DNA of 64,000 bases from contig JAKSBZ010000165.1 in the NCBI GenBank assembly GCA_022360875.1, forward strand, positions 4,395-68,394, read 5' to 3'. The stretch comes from Cytophagales bacterium. GTDB lineage: Bacteria > Bacteroidota > Bacteroidia > Cytophagales > Cyclobacteriaceae. Below, piece after piece: positions 10,350 through 19,386 of the stretch. Both the position numbers and the translations under genes were made by a program. The notes beneath the pieces are model-generated. The model was not told the origin of the DNA, did not search any database, and was given only the letters and a program-made list of their open reading frames with translations. Position 1 is the first letter of the stretch. Each line of letters starts with the position of its first letter.

Positions 10350-13300
10350 ATGACGCAACGATTTTGCCTTTGCTTTTTCCTGTTGCTGTGTGCCGGTGCG
10401 GAACTGTCATTCGCTCAGCGCATCGAAAACCAGTTCGGACAAAACCGCCAGCAATTCAACTCCAAAGACTGGCGCTTTTTCAGTTCAAGAAACTTCGATG
10501 TCTATTTCTACGGAAAAAACGATGGAATTGCACGAGAGGGGATTGAATACCTGGAGGGCCATTTCGAAAAACTGACCGATTTCATTGGTTATGCTCCCTA
10601 CACCAAGATTCAGGTTTTCCTTTACAATTCTGAAGCGCAGAAACTGGAAAGCAATGTTGGGCTCAACAACAACATGTTCACCATCAACGGGCAAACCGAA
10701 TTTGTTAAAAGCCATATCGAAGTAAGCTACCCGGGCTCCAAAGCCGAATTCAAAAAAGCACTTCTCTACAAAGTCAGCCAGTTGCTGGTGGAAGACATGA
10801 TGTCAGGCGGCTCTTTAGTAGATTTGTTTCAAAGCACCTATCTGGTTCGAATTCCCGACTGGTTTATCCTGGGAGCGGCCCGATTCCTGGCTTTCCGTTG
10901 GGACCAGGACATGGATGATTATATCCGCGCCATAGTTGGCCGGAAAAAAAGAATAAACCTCAACAAATTCGAAGGTGAAGAAGCCGCCGTTATAGGTCAG
11001 TCTATCTGGAACTACATCAACCAGCGATACGGCAAGGCAACGGTGTCCAACATACTTAATCTCACCCGAATTATCCATGACGAAGACAAAGCGATAAGCA
11101 ATTCACTGGGAATCAGCTACGACCAGCTCATGAATGACTGGAAAGACTACTACCTGACGCAGCGCGCCAACAGCCTAAAACATTACCGCTTGCCTTCGGA
11201 CAAGGAAATCCTGGATACCAACGAAAAATCGGCGACTTTCAACAATGTGGTTTTCAGTCCCGGCGAACGATATCTGGCCTATTCTGAAAATTTCAACGGC
11301 AAAGTCTCCGTTAAAATCCTTGATCTGGAAACCAAAAAGAAAAAAACAATTCTTAAGCTTGGCAACAAACTGACTTCTCAGATCGCAGATCCTTCGCTTC
11401 CGCTGATCAGCTGGAAAAACGACTCACTGGTCGGAGTAATCAACGCCCAGTACGGCCGTTTTTATCTTTGGCTTTACGACCTAAAAACCAAAAGCAAGCT
11501 TAAGCGAAAAATTCCAAGACTCCAGGAAATCAACAGTTTCGACCTTCACAAAGGAAAAGCAAAGCTGGCTCTCCTCAGCGGCAGTGAAAACGGTGTTACC
11601 AACATCTATGCCCTTAGCTTAAGGCGCTTTACTGTAAGAAAACTCACCAATGACCCATACGACAACCTGAATCCCGTATTTCTTCCCAGCCAAAACAGCT
11701 TTGTTTTTTCATCGAACCGAACAAGCGACAGCCTGCGCGTAAGAACCGGCTTTCACCTTGACAAACAAGTGAATCAGAATTTCAATCTTTACCTGTTCAG
11801 TTTTGACTCCTCACGCAAGGTTGTCTATCGGCTTACCAATACTCTCGATAAAGATATTGCCCCTCAGGCTATCAATGAGCACAGCTTTCTGTACCTGGCC
11901 AACCAACAGGGCATCTTCAACATTTTCAGCTACGACCTTAACAACCGAAGCAGCATACAGGTAAGCAATTACCTCGTCGACATAAATAATTATTCTTTTG
12001 CACCTAAAAAAAGCCTGCTCGCCTACACCCTGCAGGGACCAAAGAGACAACATATTTATCTGAGCAAACTCGACCCTTCGCAAAACAACTTTACGCCGCC
12101 AACCACCCGAGTGCAATTAATAAACGCTAAGCGGGTAGCGCAGAAACTCAGAGAAAGGAGAAAGAAAATCCAGAGCGATTCCCTTCGTATGCTAAAGCAG
12201 AAGATGGACTCATTGAACGCCCTGGCTGCGCTTGAAGCAAAAAAAGACAGCCTGCAAGCCCTGCCTCCGGAAATCGGCATTAAAGAGTCTGAACATATTG
12301 CCATTGACTCACTGCTTTTCGAAACTCCCGGGTCAGAAAAAAAAGATGAACCCGTCGACACCGAAAACTACCAATTCAAACCGGAGTACCTGAAAGCCCA
12401 GAAAAAAAGAATGTCTTATCTTGTTGCTTACCGCAAGAAGCAGGAAAACTCTTCCATCCAGGGGCCTCTACCGTACAAACCCCTGTTCCGCGCAGACAAC
12501 CTTGCCACTTCTTTCGTCATTGACCCGCTGTTCGACTTCGCCATCCGATTCGATTTTCAGATGAACGACCTGCTGGAGGACCACCGCTTTCTCGGTCAGC
12601 TCACCACTACCACCGATTTCCGAAACAACCTGATAGTAGGCGAATACCAATATTACAAGCACCTCATAGACTTCAAGGTCAAATACATCCGGCGTTTCCA
12701 CAAAATTGATTTTGAACCTTCACGCGGGTTCGAAAACTTCAATAAGTACGTGCTGGATCAAATTATCCTGGGCGCCAGCCTGCCGCTTTCTCCTTTCGCG
12801 CGCGTGGAAGTAAATCCGTTTTATGCGGCTACAACTTTCCGAAACCTTGACTACACCAAGCCCCAGGATATAAACCGCATCCGAAATTATATAGGCAGTG
12901 AGTTCTCCCTCGTCTACGACAACAGCATAGCTAGCGCCTTCAACGCTTACAAAGGAGTGAAAGTTAAAGCTTCTATGGAGTATTTTTATTCAACCGACAA
13001 GGTATACGACAGCTTTGGCAAAATTTATCTGGACGCGCGAAAATACCTGCCCCTCATCAAAGACATCACCCTTGCCGGAAGGCTATTCTACGGTCGCTTC
13101 TTCGGGCCATCGCCAAAAAAATTCCTTCTGGGAGGTGTAGACAACTGGATTTTCAATGAATCAGTTCCCGAACAAGTGGAAGGACTGGATGAAGGCTTAG
13201 AAGACGAAGACTTGCTTTTTAAAGATTATGTCACAGGTCTCCGAGGCTTTGACTACAATACATTCAACGGTGAAAATGCCATTCTGGCAAGTGTGGAGCT

Positions 13301-13634
13301 CCGCATCCCGGTTTTTCGCATGCTGACCCACAAGCCTATTACATCCAACTTCATAAGAAACTTCCATATCGTCGGTTTTTTCGATACCGGCTCATCCTGG
13401 ACAGGCAATCAGCTATGGCCCACCGAAAACAACATCAACTATCAGCTGAGAGACTCCAAGGGAAATTTTGACATCATTATTAAAAATTTCAATTCCCCGT
13501 TTTTAGCCAGTTTTGGCACCGGCATTCGCACCTCCATATTTGGGTACTATGTAAAAGCGGACTGGGCCTGGCCGGTAAAAACCTACAAAGTGGAAGATCC
13601 GCGTTTCTTCTTATCTTTGGGTTTTGACTTTTAG
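10350..13634 (+). CDS. Large outer-membrane protein: N-terminal domain + PD40/TolB-like beta-propeller repeats + coiled coil + C-terminal Omp85-family beta-barrel
   Basis: 1094 aa with a signal peptide (LLLCAGAELSFAQ). PD40-like repeats (SPGERYLAYSENFNGKVSV; NDPYDNLNPVFLPSQNSFVFSSNRT) and a Lys/Leu-rich coiled coil (~aa 590-640). The C-terminus carries the Omp85 loop-6 type motif LRGFDYNTFNGENAILASVELRIPV, then FFDTGSSW, and the terminal LSLGFDF. Confidence 0.6.
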   Translation: MTQRFCLCFFLLLCAGAELSFAQRIENQFGQNRQQFNSKDWRFFSSRNFDVYFYGKNDGIAREGIEYLEGHFEKLTDFIGYAPYTKIQVFLYNSEAQKLESNVGLNNNMFTINGQTEFVKSHIEVSYPGSKAEFKKALLYKVSQLLVEDMMSGGSLVDLFQSTYLVRIPDWFILGAARFLAFRWDQDMDDYIRAIVGRKKRINLNKFEGEEAAVIGQSIWNYINQRYGKATVSNILNLTRIIHDEDKAISNSLGISYDQLMNDWKDYYLTQRANSLKHYRLPSDKEILDTNEKSATFNNVVFSPGERYLAYSENFNGKVSVKILDLETKKKKTILKLGNKLTSQIADPSLPLISWKNDSLVGVINAQYGRFYLWLYDLKTKSKLKRKIPRLQEINSFDLHKGKAKLALLSGSENGVTNIYALSLRRFTVRKLTNDPYDNLNPVFLPSQNSFVFSSNRTSDSLRVRTGFHLDKQVNQNFNLYLFSFDSSRKVVYRLTNTLDKDIAPQAINEHSFLYLANQQGIFNIFSYDLNNRSSIQVSNYLVDINNYSFAPKKSLLAYTLQGPKRQHIYLSKLDPSQNNFTPPTTRVQLINAKRVAQKLRERRKKIQSDSLRMLKQKMDSLNALAALEAKKDSLQALPPEIGIKESEHIAIDSLLFETPGSEKKDEPVDTENYQFKPEYLKAQKKRMSYLVAYRKKQENSSIQGPLPYKPLFRADNLATSFVIDPLFDFAIRFDFQMNDLLEDHRFLGQLTTTTDFRNNLIVGEYQYYKHLIDFKVKYIRRFHKIDFEPSRGFENFNKYVLDQIILGASLPLSPFARVEVNPFYAATTFRNLDYTKPQDINRIRNYIGSEFSLVYDNSIASAFNAYKGVKVKASMEYFYSTDKVYDSFGKIYLDARKYLPLIKDITLAGRLFYGRFFGPSPKKFLLGGVDNWIFNESVPEQVEGLDEGLEDEDLLFKDYVTGLRGFDYNTFNGENAILASVELRIPVFRMLTHKPITSNFIRNFHIVGFFDTGSSWTGNQLWPTENNINYQLRDSKGNFDIIIKNFNSPFLASFGTGIRTSIFGYYVKADWAWPVKTYKVEDPRFFLSLGFDF

Positions 13635-13645
13635 ACCGAAAAAAA

Positions 13646-14755
13646 TTGAGAGTCGCTTTTGTTGTACAAATTGAAGGCCGCGGGCACATGACCCAAGCGC
13701 TCCGCCTGGCCAATATTCTTTCACAAACAGATATTTCGATTGAATGCGTCGTAACGGGCAAAAACGAGCGAAAAGTCCCGGCTTATTTTCGGGAATCCTG
13801 GAACTGCCCGATCTATGCAATTGAGAGTCCGACATTTGTAAAAGATTCCGAAAACCGGGAAGTCAAGCTTTTCAGCTCTCTTTGTTTCCACGCTTTGCGT
13901 ATTCCCCGCTACTTGCAAAGCTGCCGGCAGCTGCACAGCATTCTAAAACGTCACCGTATTGATGCTGTCGTAAACTTTCACGAATTCATTTCGGGTCTTT
14001 ACCATTTTATTTACCGCCCTTCGCATCTTAGCTTTGCCGTCAGCCATTCCTATTTTTGCGAGCATCCCGGATTTCAGTTTCCCAAAAAAAACCGGATAAA
14101 CCGCTGGCTTTTTCGCATGAATAATAAAATCATGAGTCAGGGGACAGACACCAAACTGGCGCTTTCTTTTTTTGAAACTGATGAAAAACTGTCCGGACAT
14201 TCAATTGTCGCTCCTCCGCTGATTTTCCCCGATGAACCCAAAGAAAAAAATAATTTTCTGCTGGCCTATATCGTGAACGACGGCTACGCCAAAGAAATCA
14301 TTACAGCTCACCAAAAGATTCCCGAACAAACCGTACACTGCTTTTGGGACAGAAAAGACTGCGATGAAATCATTTCTCCCCGGCCCAACTTATTTTTTCA
14401 TCCGCTGAACAGAAAGAAATTTCTGGAATATCTGCGAACTTGCAAAGGGTACATTACTTCGGCCGGATTTGAATCGGTCTGCGAGGCGCTGTATCTGAAC
14501 AAGCCCGTAGGGGTTGTTCCCACGGCCGGACAATACGAGCAGCTTTGCAACGCCGCGGAAGTTGAAAAACTGGGAATAGGGCTTCACCTGAATTCATTTG
14601 ACCTATCGGGTTTTCTGGCCTTCATCGAAAAATCATCCGCCCGAAACAATGAATTCCAAAAATGGGTAAAAAAAGCTGAGTCTTTTTATCAGATTTTTTT
14701 TACTCAAAAAAAACAGAAGCAACTTTATTCCCTAGCAAAAAGCACACATGTGTAA
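13646..14755 (+). CDS. Glycosyltransferase (GT1/GT28-like, MGT-type)
   Basis: 369 aa starting at TTG. N-terminal IEGRGHMTQALRLANIL resembles the G-x-G-H nucleotide-sugar GT-B N-terminal motif. The C-terminal block ITSAGFESVCEALYLNKPVGVVP...EQLCNA resembles the GT28/MurG-type donor-binding region. Confidence 0.6.
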   Translation: MRVAFVVQIEGRGHMTQALRLANILSQTDISIECVVTGKNERKVPAYFRESWNCPIYAIESPTFVKDSENREVKLFSSLCFHALRIPRYLQSCRQLHSILKRHRIDAVVNFHEFISGLYHFIYRPSHLSFAVSHSYFCEHPGFQFPKKNRINRWLFRMNNKIMSQGTDTKLALSFFETDEKLSGHSIVAPPLIFPDEPKEKNNFLLAYIVNDGYAKEIITAHQKIPEQTVHCFWDRKDCDEIISPRPNLFFHPLNRKKFLEYLRTCKGYITSAGFESVCEALYLNKPVGVVPTAGQYEQLCNAAEVEKLGIGLHLNSFDLSGFLAFIEKSSARNNEFQKWVKKAESFYQIFFTQKKQKQLYSLAKSTHV

Positions 14756-14832
14756 TCATTCACTTTTTGTCTGACCAAAAACTCAATCAACAACCATTTT
14801 CAGGACAAAGTCCTCAACAACAATAACAACAC

Positions 14833-15870
14833 ATGGCAATAATCAGCAAGAAAAAACCTTCCTTCCCCATACAACAAGAACTGAAAGACTATCTGATCCG
14901 ATACAACCGGGGAGTGAGCCTGCCTCTGAGCTACGAAGACCTGCTCAACTATGAAAACGCCATCGCTTACTACGACAAAAACGGCGAGGACACTTTGTGG
15001 GAGTCTGTATTCTTCAACCATCTGGATATACAGCACATCTATGACGGACTTAAGTACATCTATGCCCAGCTGCATGCCGGCGGCGACCTGAAAGTGATCG
15101 ACCACCTGTACATTGACCGGATTGACCTCTGCGTCTACGGAAACACCAAGCCGTTCCGGATACGCGTTGTCAACAAAATCAACGACTTGTTCAACTATTT
15201 TTATGTAAAAAAAGTGGACGCATCACGCGTTTACGGGCTGGAACTTGAACACCTGCTTTCTCCCAATTCCATCAATTTTCTGATTGATGAAACAACCCTG
15301 GTGGAAGAGCACATCCACGGCATTCCGGGAGATCAGTTCATGAAAAACCAGATCCATGCGGAAGACCTAAACGAAATAAGACTTGCCAAAGAGTTCGTGA
15401 AATTCAACGAGCGATGTTTCGTCCGCTTGCTCGGCGACATGCATTCATCGAACTTTGTGGTGGAGGTAATTCCGGATTTCGACGAAATGCATTACCGAAT
15501 CCGCGCCATCGATTTCGACCAGCAGTCTTATGAGGGCAGGCGTGTGATTTACATGCCTCAGTTTTTCAAACAAAACAACCCGATTATTCAACTGGGACTC
15601 AAACACATGGAACCCAAGCTGGAGCTTCAGTACCAGAAAGAAGAACGCGCCCGGATAGCCAGACGAGTAAAAACATCGCACATCCGCTTGAAAAAACTCG
15701 TCAAATGCATGCGAAACGACCGGATATCCACAGAAGAGAATTTTAAAAACTTACGTGAGGAATTAGCCGAATACTACAAAGATCCCGTATTTTTGGGATG
15801 CCGGAATATGGGGGAGATACTTGAAGAAAGCCTGCGTCAGCTGGTTAAACAACCAACTCGCCCGCGGTAA
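14833..15870 (+). CDS. Hypothetical protein with protein-kinase-like fold signatures
   Basis: 345 aa. The order of motifs matches a kinase fold: FYVKKVD (beta3 Lys), GLELEHLL (alphaC Glu), LLGDMHSSNFVV (catalytic D-x4-N) and IRAIDFDQQ (DFD in place of DFG). No database match was checked. Confidence 0.4.
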   Translation: MAIISKKKPSFPIQQELKDYLIRYNRGVSLPLSYEDLLNYENAIAYYDKNGEDTLWESVFFNHLDIQHIYDGLKYIYAQLHAGGDLKVIDHLYIDRIDLCVYGNTKPFRIRVVNKINDLFNYFYVKKVDASRVYGLELEHLLSPNSINFLIDETTLVEEHIHGIPGDQFMKNQIHAEDLNEIRLAKEFVKFNERCFVRLLGDMHSSNFVVEVIPDFDEMHYRIRAIDFDQQSYEGRRVIYMPQFFKQNNPIIQLGLKHMEPKLELQYQKEERARIARRVKTSHIRLKKLVKCMRNDRISTEENFKNLREELAEYYKDPVFLGCRNMGEILEESLRQLVKQPTRPR

Positions 15871-15908
15871 AACGGCTCAAAATTGCAACACAAAAAAAAA
15901 CTGAGCAC

Positions 15909-16529
15909 ATGTTTACAGGAATTATTGAGGAACTGGGAGCAGTAAAAAAAATCACCAAAGAAGGGACAAACACTGTTTTTGAAGTGGAATCCTCTTTAGC
16001 ACCCGAGCTGAAAGTAGACCAAAGCCTGGCCCACAACGGCGTATGCCTTACGATCACCAAAGTGGAAGGAAACAGCCACTGGGTGACCGCTGTAGAGGAA
16101 ACACTCAAGAAAACCAACCTTGGAGCTCTCGCTGAGGGAAAAAAGGTAAATCTGGAGCGCGCCATGCCGGCCAACGGACGGTTCGACGGACACGTAGTGC
16201 AGGGACACGTAGACCAAACCGGCAAATGCACCGGTGTACAAACGCTTGAAGGCAGCTGGCTGTTCGATTTCGAATTCGACCCGAATGCAGCGGGCAACGT
16301 GTTGGTGGAAAAAGGATCAATTACTATTGACGGCACCAGCCTTACCGTGTTCAACTGCACCGAAAACAGCTTTCGCGTAACCATCATCCCTTACACTTTC
16401 GAAAACACGGTATTCCATGAGCTGAAAACGGGCGACACAGTGAACCTGGAATTTGACATCATCGGGAAATACGTGCAGCGGCTGTTCGGCAAAGGCTACC
16501 AGGACTATCTGTCCCAACAAAAAAACTAA
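15909..16529 (+). CDS. ribE: Riboflavin synthase (alpha chain)
   Basis: 206 aa. The canonical N-terminus MFTGIIEELG and an internal duplicated lumazine-binding repeat (GHVVQGHVDQTG...). Confidence 0.9.
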   Translation: MFTGIIEELGAVKKITKEGTNTVFEVESSLAPELKVDQSLAHNGVCLTITKVEGNSHWVTAVEETLKKTNLGALAEGKKVNLERAMPANGRFDGHVVQGHVDQTGKCTGVQTLEGSWLFDFEFDPNAAGNVLVEKGSITIDGTSLTVFNCTENSFRVTIIPYTFENTVFHELKTGDTVNLEFDIIGKYVQRLFGKGYQDYLSQQKN

Positions 16530-16553
16530 AGTCAAGCCCATCGAAAACCTAAA

Positions 16554-16583
16554 GTCCGCTTCATCAGAGGCGGACAGGGTTTT
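16554..16583 (+). terminator. Putative intrinsic terminator after ribE
   Basis: Hairpin GTCCGC-ttcatcagag-GCGGAC followed by AGGGTTTTC, 25 nt after the ribE stop. Confidence 0.45.
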
Positions 16584-16651
16584 CAAAAAATCATTCCCCA
16601 GCTTCTCCCTCATTTTTTCCGTCTTGGTCTGATATTTCTGGAAATAAAACC

Positions 16652-17617
16652 ATGTCGGATCTCCGAAATCCATTCAACACCAAGCAAATAAGAGGCATGC
16701 TAGTATTCGGTTTGCTCATGCTTGCCTACGCGTGCCTCCTCTACTGGCGACCTATTCACCTGCTCAAGAAGGATCCCGTAATTGCCGAAACTGATCGTAA
16801 GCTGGACAGTCTTGTCGCTGTGTTAAAAACCAGAAAAGAGAACCGGAAAAAATCATGGGCCAAAAAAGCGCCGGCAGAGCTATGGACAGCTGACGCACTA
16901 AAAGCTTTCGACCCAAACAAAGACGAACTTGAAACACTCATTGCCAAGGGACTCAATAAAAAATTCGCCCAGCGAATCATCAATTTCCGGGAAAAAGCAC
17001 GCCCCTTCCGCGAGAAAAAAGATTTCCGAAAACTTTACGGCTTAACCGACTCGAGCTTCCTGCTAATTGCGCCCTATCTGCTTCTTCCAGAAAAAGCCGC
17101 TAAAAACATCCCAAAAAAAAGATCCCGCTCAATCGCTCGTCACAAAACCTTCCCCAAAAAACCTGTCTTCAAAGAAGCTTTTGCCATAAACAAAGCCGAC
17201 TCGCTGCTGCTAGTAAGCCTGAAAGGAATCGGAGGCTACTCAGCGCTGCGCATTCTGCGCTACCGCAAGCAGCTCGGCGGTTTTGTGGATACTGCCCAAT
17301 ACAATGAAATCCCCAAGCTTGCCAAAGAGGCTGTTCAGTCCCTGAAAAAGCACACTTTTGTAACTCAGAACTTTATTCCCCGAAAAATATTGGTCAACCA
17401 GGCGACATTCAAAGAGTTTCTGCGCCACCCATACATTGATTATACAACAACACGGAAAATTTTTAAACTGAAAAAAAGAGCCGGAAGACTCGACTCCTAC
17501 CGAATGATGAAAAAATACATACCCTCATTAAACCCGCGCTTGAAACAATACTTTGACACCCTTCAAGCAGATTCCCATTTCAGTCCGAGCAAGAGAAAAA
17601 ACGCACCGGAGCAATAA
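16652..17617 (+). CDS. Helix-hairpin-helix (ComEA-like) DNA-binding membrane-anchored protein
   Basis: 321 aa. N-terminal TM segment and two HhH-type segments (LIAKGLNKKFAQRIINFREK; LKGIGGYSALRILRYRKQLGGF). Confidence 0.6.
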   Translation: MSDLRNPFNTKQIRGMLVFGLLMLAYACLLYWRPIHLLKKDPVIAETDRKLDSLVAVLKTRKENRKKSWAKKAPAELWTADALKAFDPNKDELETLIAKGLNKKFAQRIINFREKARPFREKKDFRKLYGLTDSSFLLIAPYLLLPEKAAKNIPKKRSRSIARHKTFPKKPVFKEAFAINKADSLLLVSLKGIGGYSALRILRYRKQLGGFVDTAQYNEIPKLAKEAVQSLKKHTFVTQNFIPRKILVNQATFKEFLRHPYIDYTTTRKIFKLKKRAGRLDSYRMMKKYIPSLNPRLKQYFDTLQADSHFSPSKRKNAPEQ

Positions 17618-17719
17618 TTTCCGCCTCCAAAGTCAGCCCGAAATGAAAACTCAAGGCACGCCTGCAAGCTATTCAAAATTTTCTCGTAAATCCTCCTTAT
17701 TCGAAGGCTGCACTCCGAA

Positions 17720-17865
17720 GATATCCACATTTTTTGTGGATATCCACACCCATTTGTGGACAACCTCTTCCTACTATTAAGCACATTGTCAGAAACTAGC
17801 GCCTTTCAGCCTTCAGTTTTCCACATATCCACAAGCGTATGTGGAAAACCAACAACTACCCACAA
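17720..17865. promoter_or_regulatory. Cluster of eight DnaA-box-like 8/9-mers
   Basis: TATCCACA at 17722-17729, 17741-17748 and 17826-17833. TGTGGATA (reverse) at 17735-17742. TGTGGACA (reverse) at 17755-17762. TTTTCCACA at 17817-17825. TGTGGAAAA (reverse) at 17840-17848. TACCCACA at 17857-17864. All lie in the 261-bp spacer between two convergent 3' ends. Confidence 0.65.
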
Positions 17866-17878
17866 AGACACAAGGTGT

Positions 17879-19039
17879 TCAGCTGCTAATATATATCAGA
17901 AAAAAAGGTACTAGGAAGAACGTAAGAATGATATACAAAAAGCCATAGAGACGGTTTGCCATAGTCAGCCGGCCAAAAAGATACGATAGCCTCTCCGGCA
18001 CCGCTCGAATACTCCGGAAAGGCAGCAAAAGAACCGCGCCGAACGCGTTAAATAAAAAATGAACAAAGGCAATGGACAAGGCCGCCTCTGAATGCGAATA
18101 TGCAGCAATAAAAGCGGTAATAGTCGTACCGACGTTTGAACCCATCACAAATGGAAACACCTGCCTCAGACTGACTTTTCCCGTAGCCACCAAAGGAACG
18201 GCAAGCGAAGTGGTGATGGAACTTGACTGCACGATACTTGTAAGAAGAAGTCCGGACGAAAAACTCCCGCGCGTCGAATTAAAAAAAATGTTTTTAACAA
18301 TATGCTTCGGGCGCGCAATCAGCTGCTCGTATATTATCTTCGACAAAAGCTTTACAGAAGCAAACAAAAAAACAAAACTGAGAACAACCATGAGCCAGTC
18401 GTAGCCTCCGAGTGCCTTCCAGAGCCAGTCGAACCAAGCCGCCGAATACATATTTGCCATAGGCAACAAATAATCCAGCCATTCCGAATAAGCCAAAGTG
18501 CCTTTTGTAAGCCACCGCGCCGACGAAGAAAGAAAATGATATTTCAGCTCCAGCGGGAACAAAGCCGCAACGGTAATAATATTGAAAAAATCGTGAAGCA
18601 TGGCAGCCGAAATTGCTCTTCGAAAAGTTTTCTTCTTGGAAATATATCCAAATGCGACAATAGTGCTGGTGAGTGTGGTGCCTATATTGGCGCCCATCAC
18701 TATCGGAATAGCATCCTCCATGCTTATTGTATTGGCGGCCACCAAGGCAATGACCATCGCGGTGCTGGTGGAGCTGCTCTGGATCAGCGCGGTTATCAGC
18801 AGTCCCACGAAAAGCCCCACAAAGGGATTGGAAGCAATTGTGAGAATTTCCCTTGCCGTATCGTGTCCCAAATGCTCAAAAGCCTGAGTCATCATGTCTA
18901 CAGACAAAAGAAAAAACGCCATGATCAACAGACTGAAGCCCAGACTGCCCGCCAGGCTTTTGCCTCTTTGCACCAGTTTTGCCGAATCAAGCGTGTCCAA
19001 ATTCTTCATAAAAGCTTCCTTGTCAACCTTCAACAGCAA
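17879..19039 (-). CDS. Na/Pi cotransporter family protein (short form, no PhoU-like tail)
   Basis: 386 aa (the alternative start MKNLDTL is at 19009). Polytopic, with duplicated QSSS(T/I)(S/T)T signature segments (ALIQSSSTSTAMV; SIVQSSSITTSLAV). Confidence 0.8.
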   Translation of the reverse strand: MLLKVDKEAFMKNLDTLDSAKLVQRGKSLAGSLGFSLLIMAFFLLSVDMMTQAFEHLGHDTAREILTIASNPFVGLFVGLLITALIQSSSTSTAMVIALVAANTISMEDAIPIVMGANIGTTLTSTIVAFGYISKKKTFRRAISAAMLHDFFNIITVAALFPLELKYHFLSSSARWLTKGTLAYSEWLDYLLPMANMYSAAWFDWLWKALGGYDWLMVVLSFVFLFASVKLLSKIIYEQLIARPKHIVKNIFFNSTRGSFSSGLLLTSIVQSSSITTSLAVPLVATGKVSLRQVFPFVMGSNVGTTITAFIAAYSHSEAALSIAFVHFLFNAFGAVLLLPFRSIRAVPERLSYLFGRLTMANRLYGFLYIILTFFLVPFFLIYISS

Positions 19040-19359
19040 AATTACGCTTCTTTACATTGACGAGCGTCATTTTTATTATGAAACAATTGTTAAGAATTTG
19101 CACACCGGTTTACAATCAAACACTTGCTTTGTTGAGAAAAATCAGCGGCCGCGCGGCCGTGGTTGAAAAATTCGTAAAAAAAGCAGGTTGAAAAAAATCA
19201 CCGAACCAATAACTGAAGAAAACAAATGCAGAGTTGGACCCTTTCAATGAACCAGTGCAGTATTAACAATAACTTAACACAAAATACAGGGAACAATGAT
19301 AGCTTTATGCTTTGTTTGCAAGCAACAAATGAACATTTTACACAGGCTTAATTGCTTTA

Positions 19360-19367
19360 TATTTTTG
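19360..19367 (+). promoter_or_regulatory. Candidate Bacteroidota -7 promoter element (TAnnTTTG)
   Basis: TATTTTTG lies 20 nt upstream of the ATG at 19387. No clear -33 TTTG partner was seen. Confidence 0.3.
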
Positions 19368-19386
19368 AAGAATAACAAAGACATTA

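Noticed and set aside
17618-17878. Calling the DnaA-box cluster the chromosomal origin (oriC) outright.
   Set aside because: There is no adjacent strongly AT-rich unwinding element, dnaA and dnaN are not nearby, gene orientation shows no switch around it, and the spacer is only 261 bp. I report it as a DnaA-box cluster of undetermined role.
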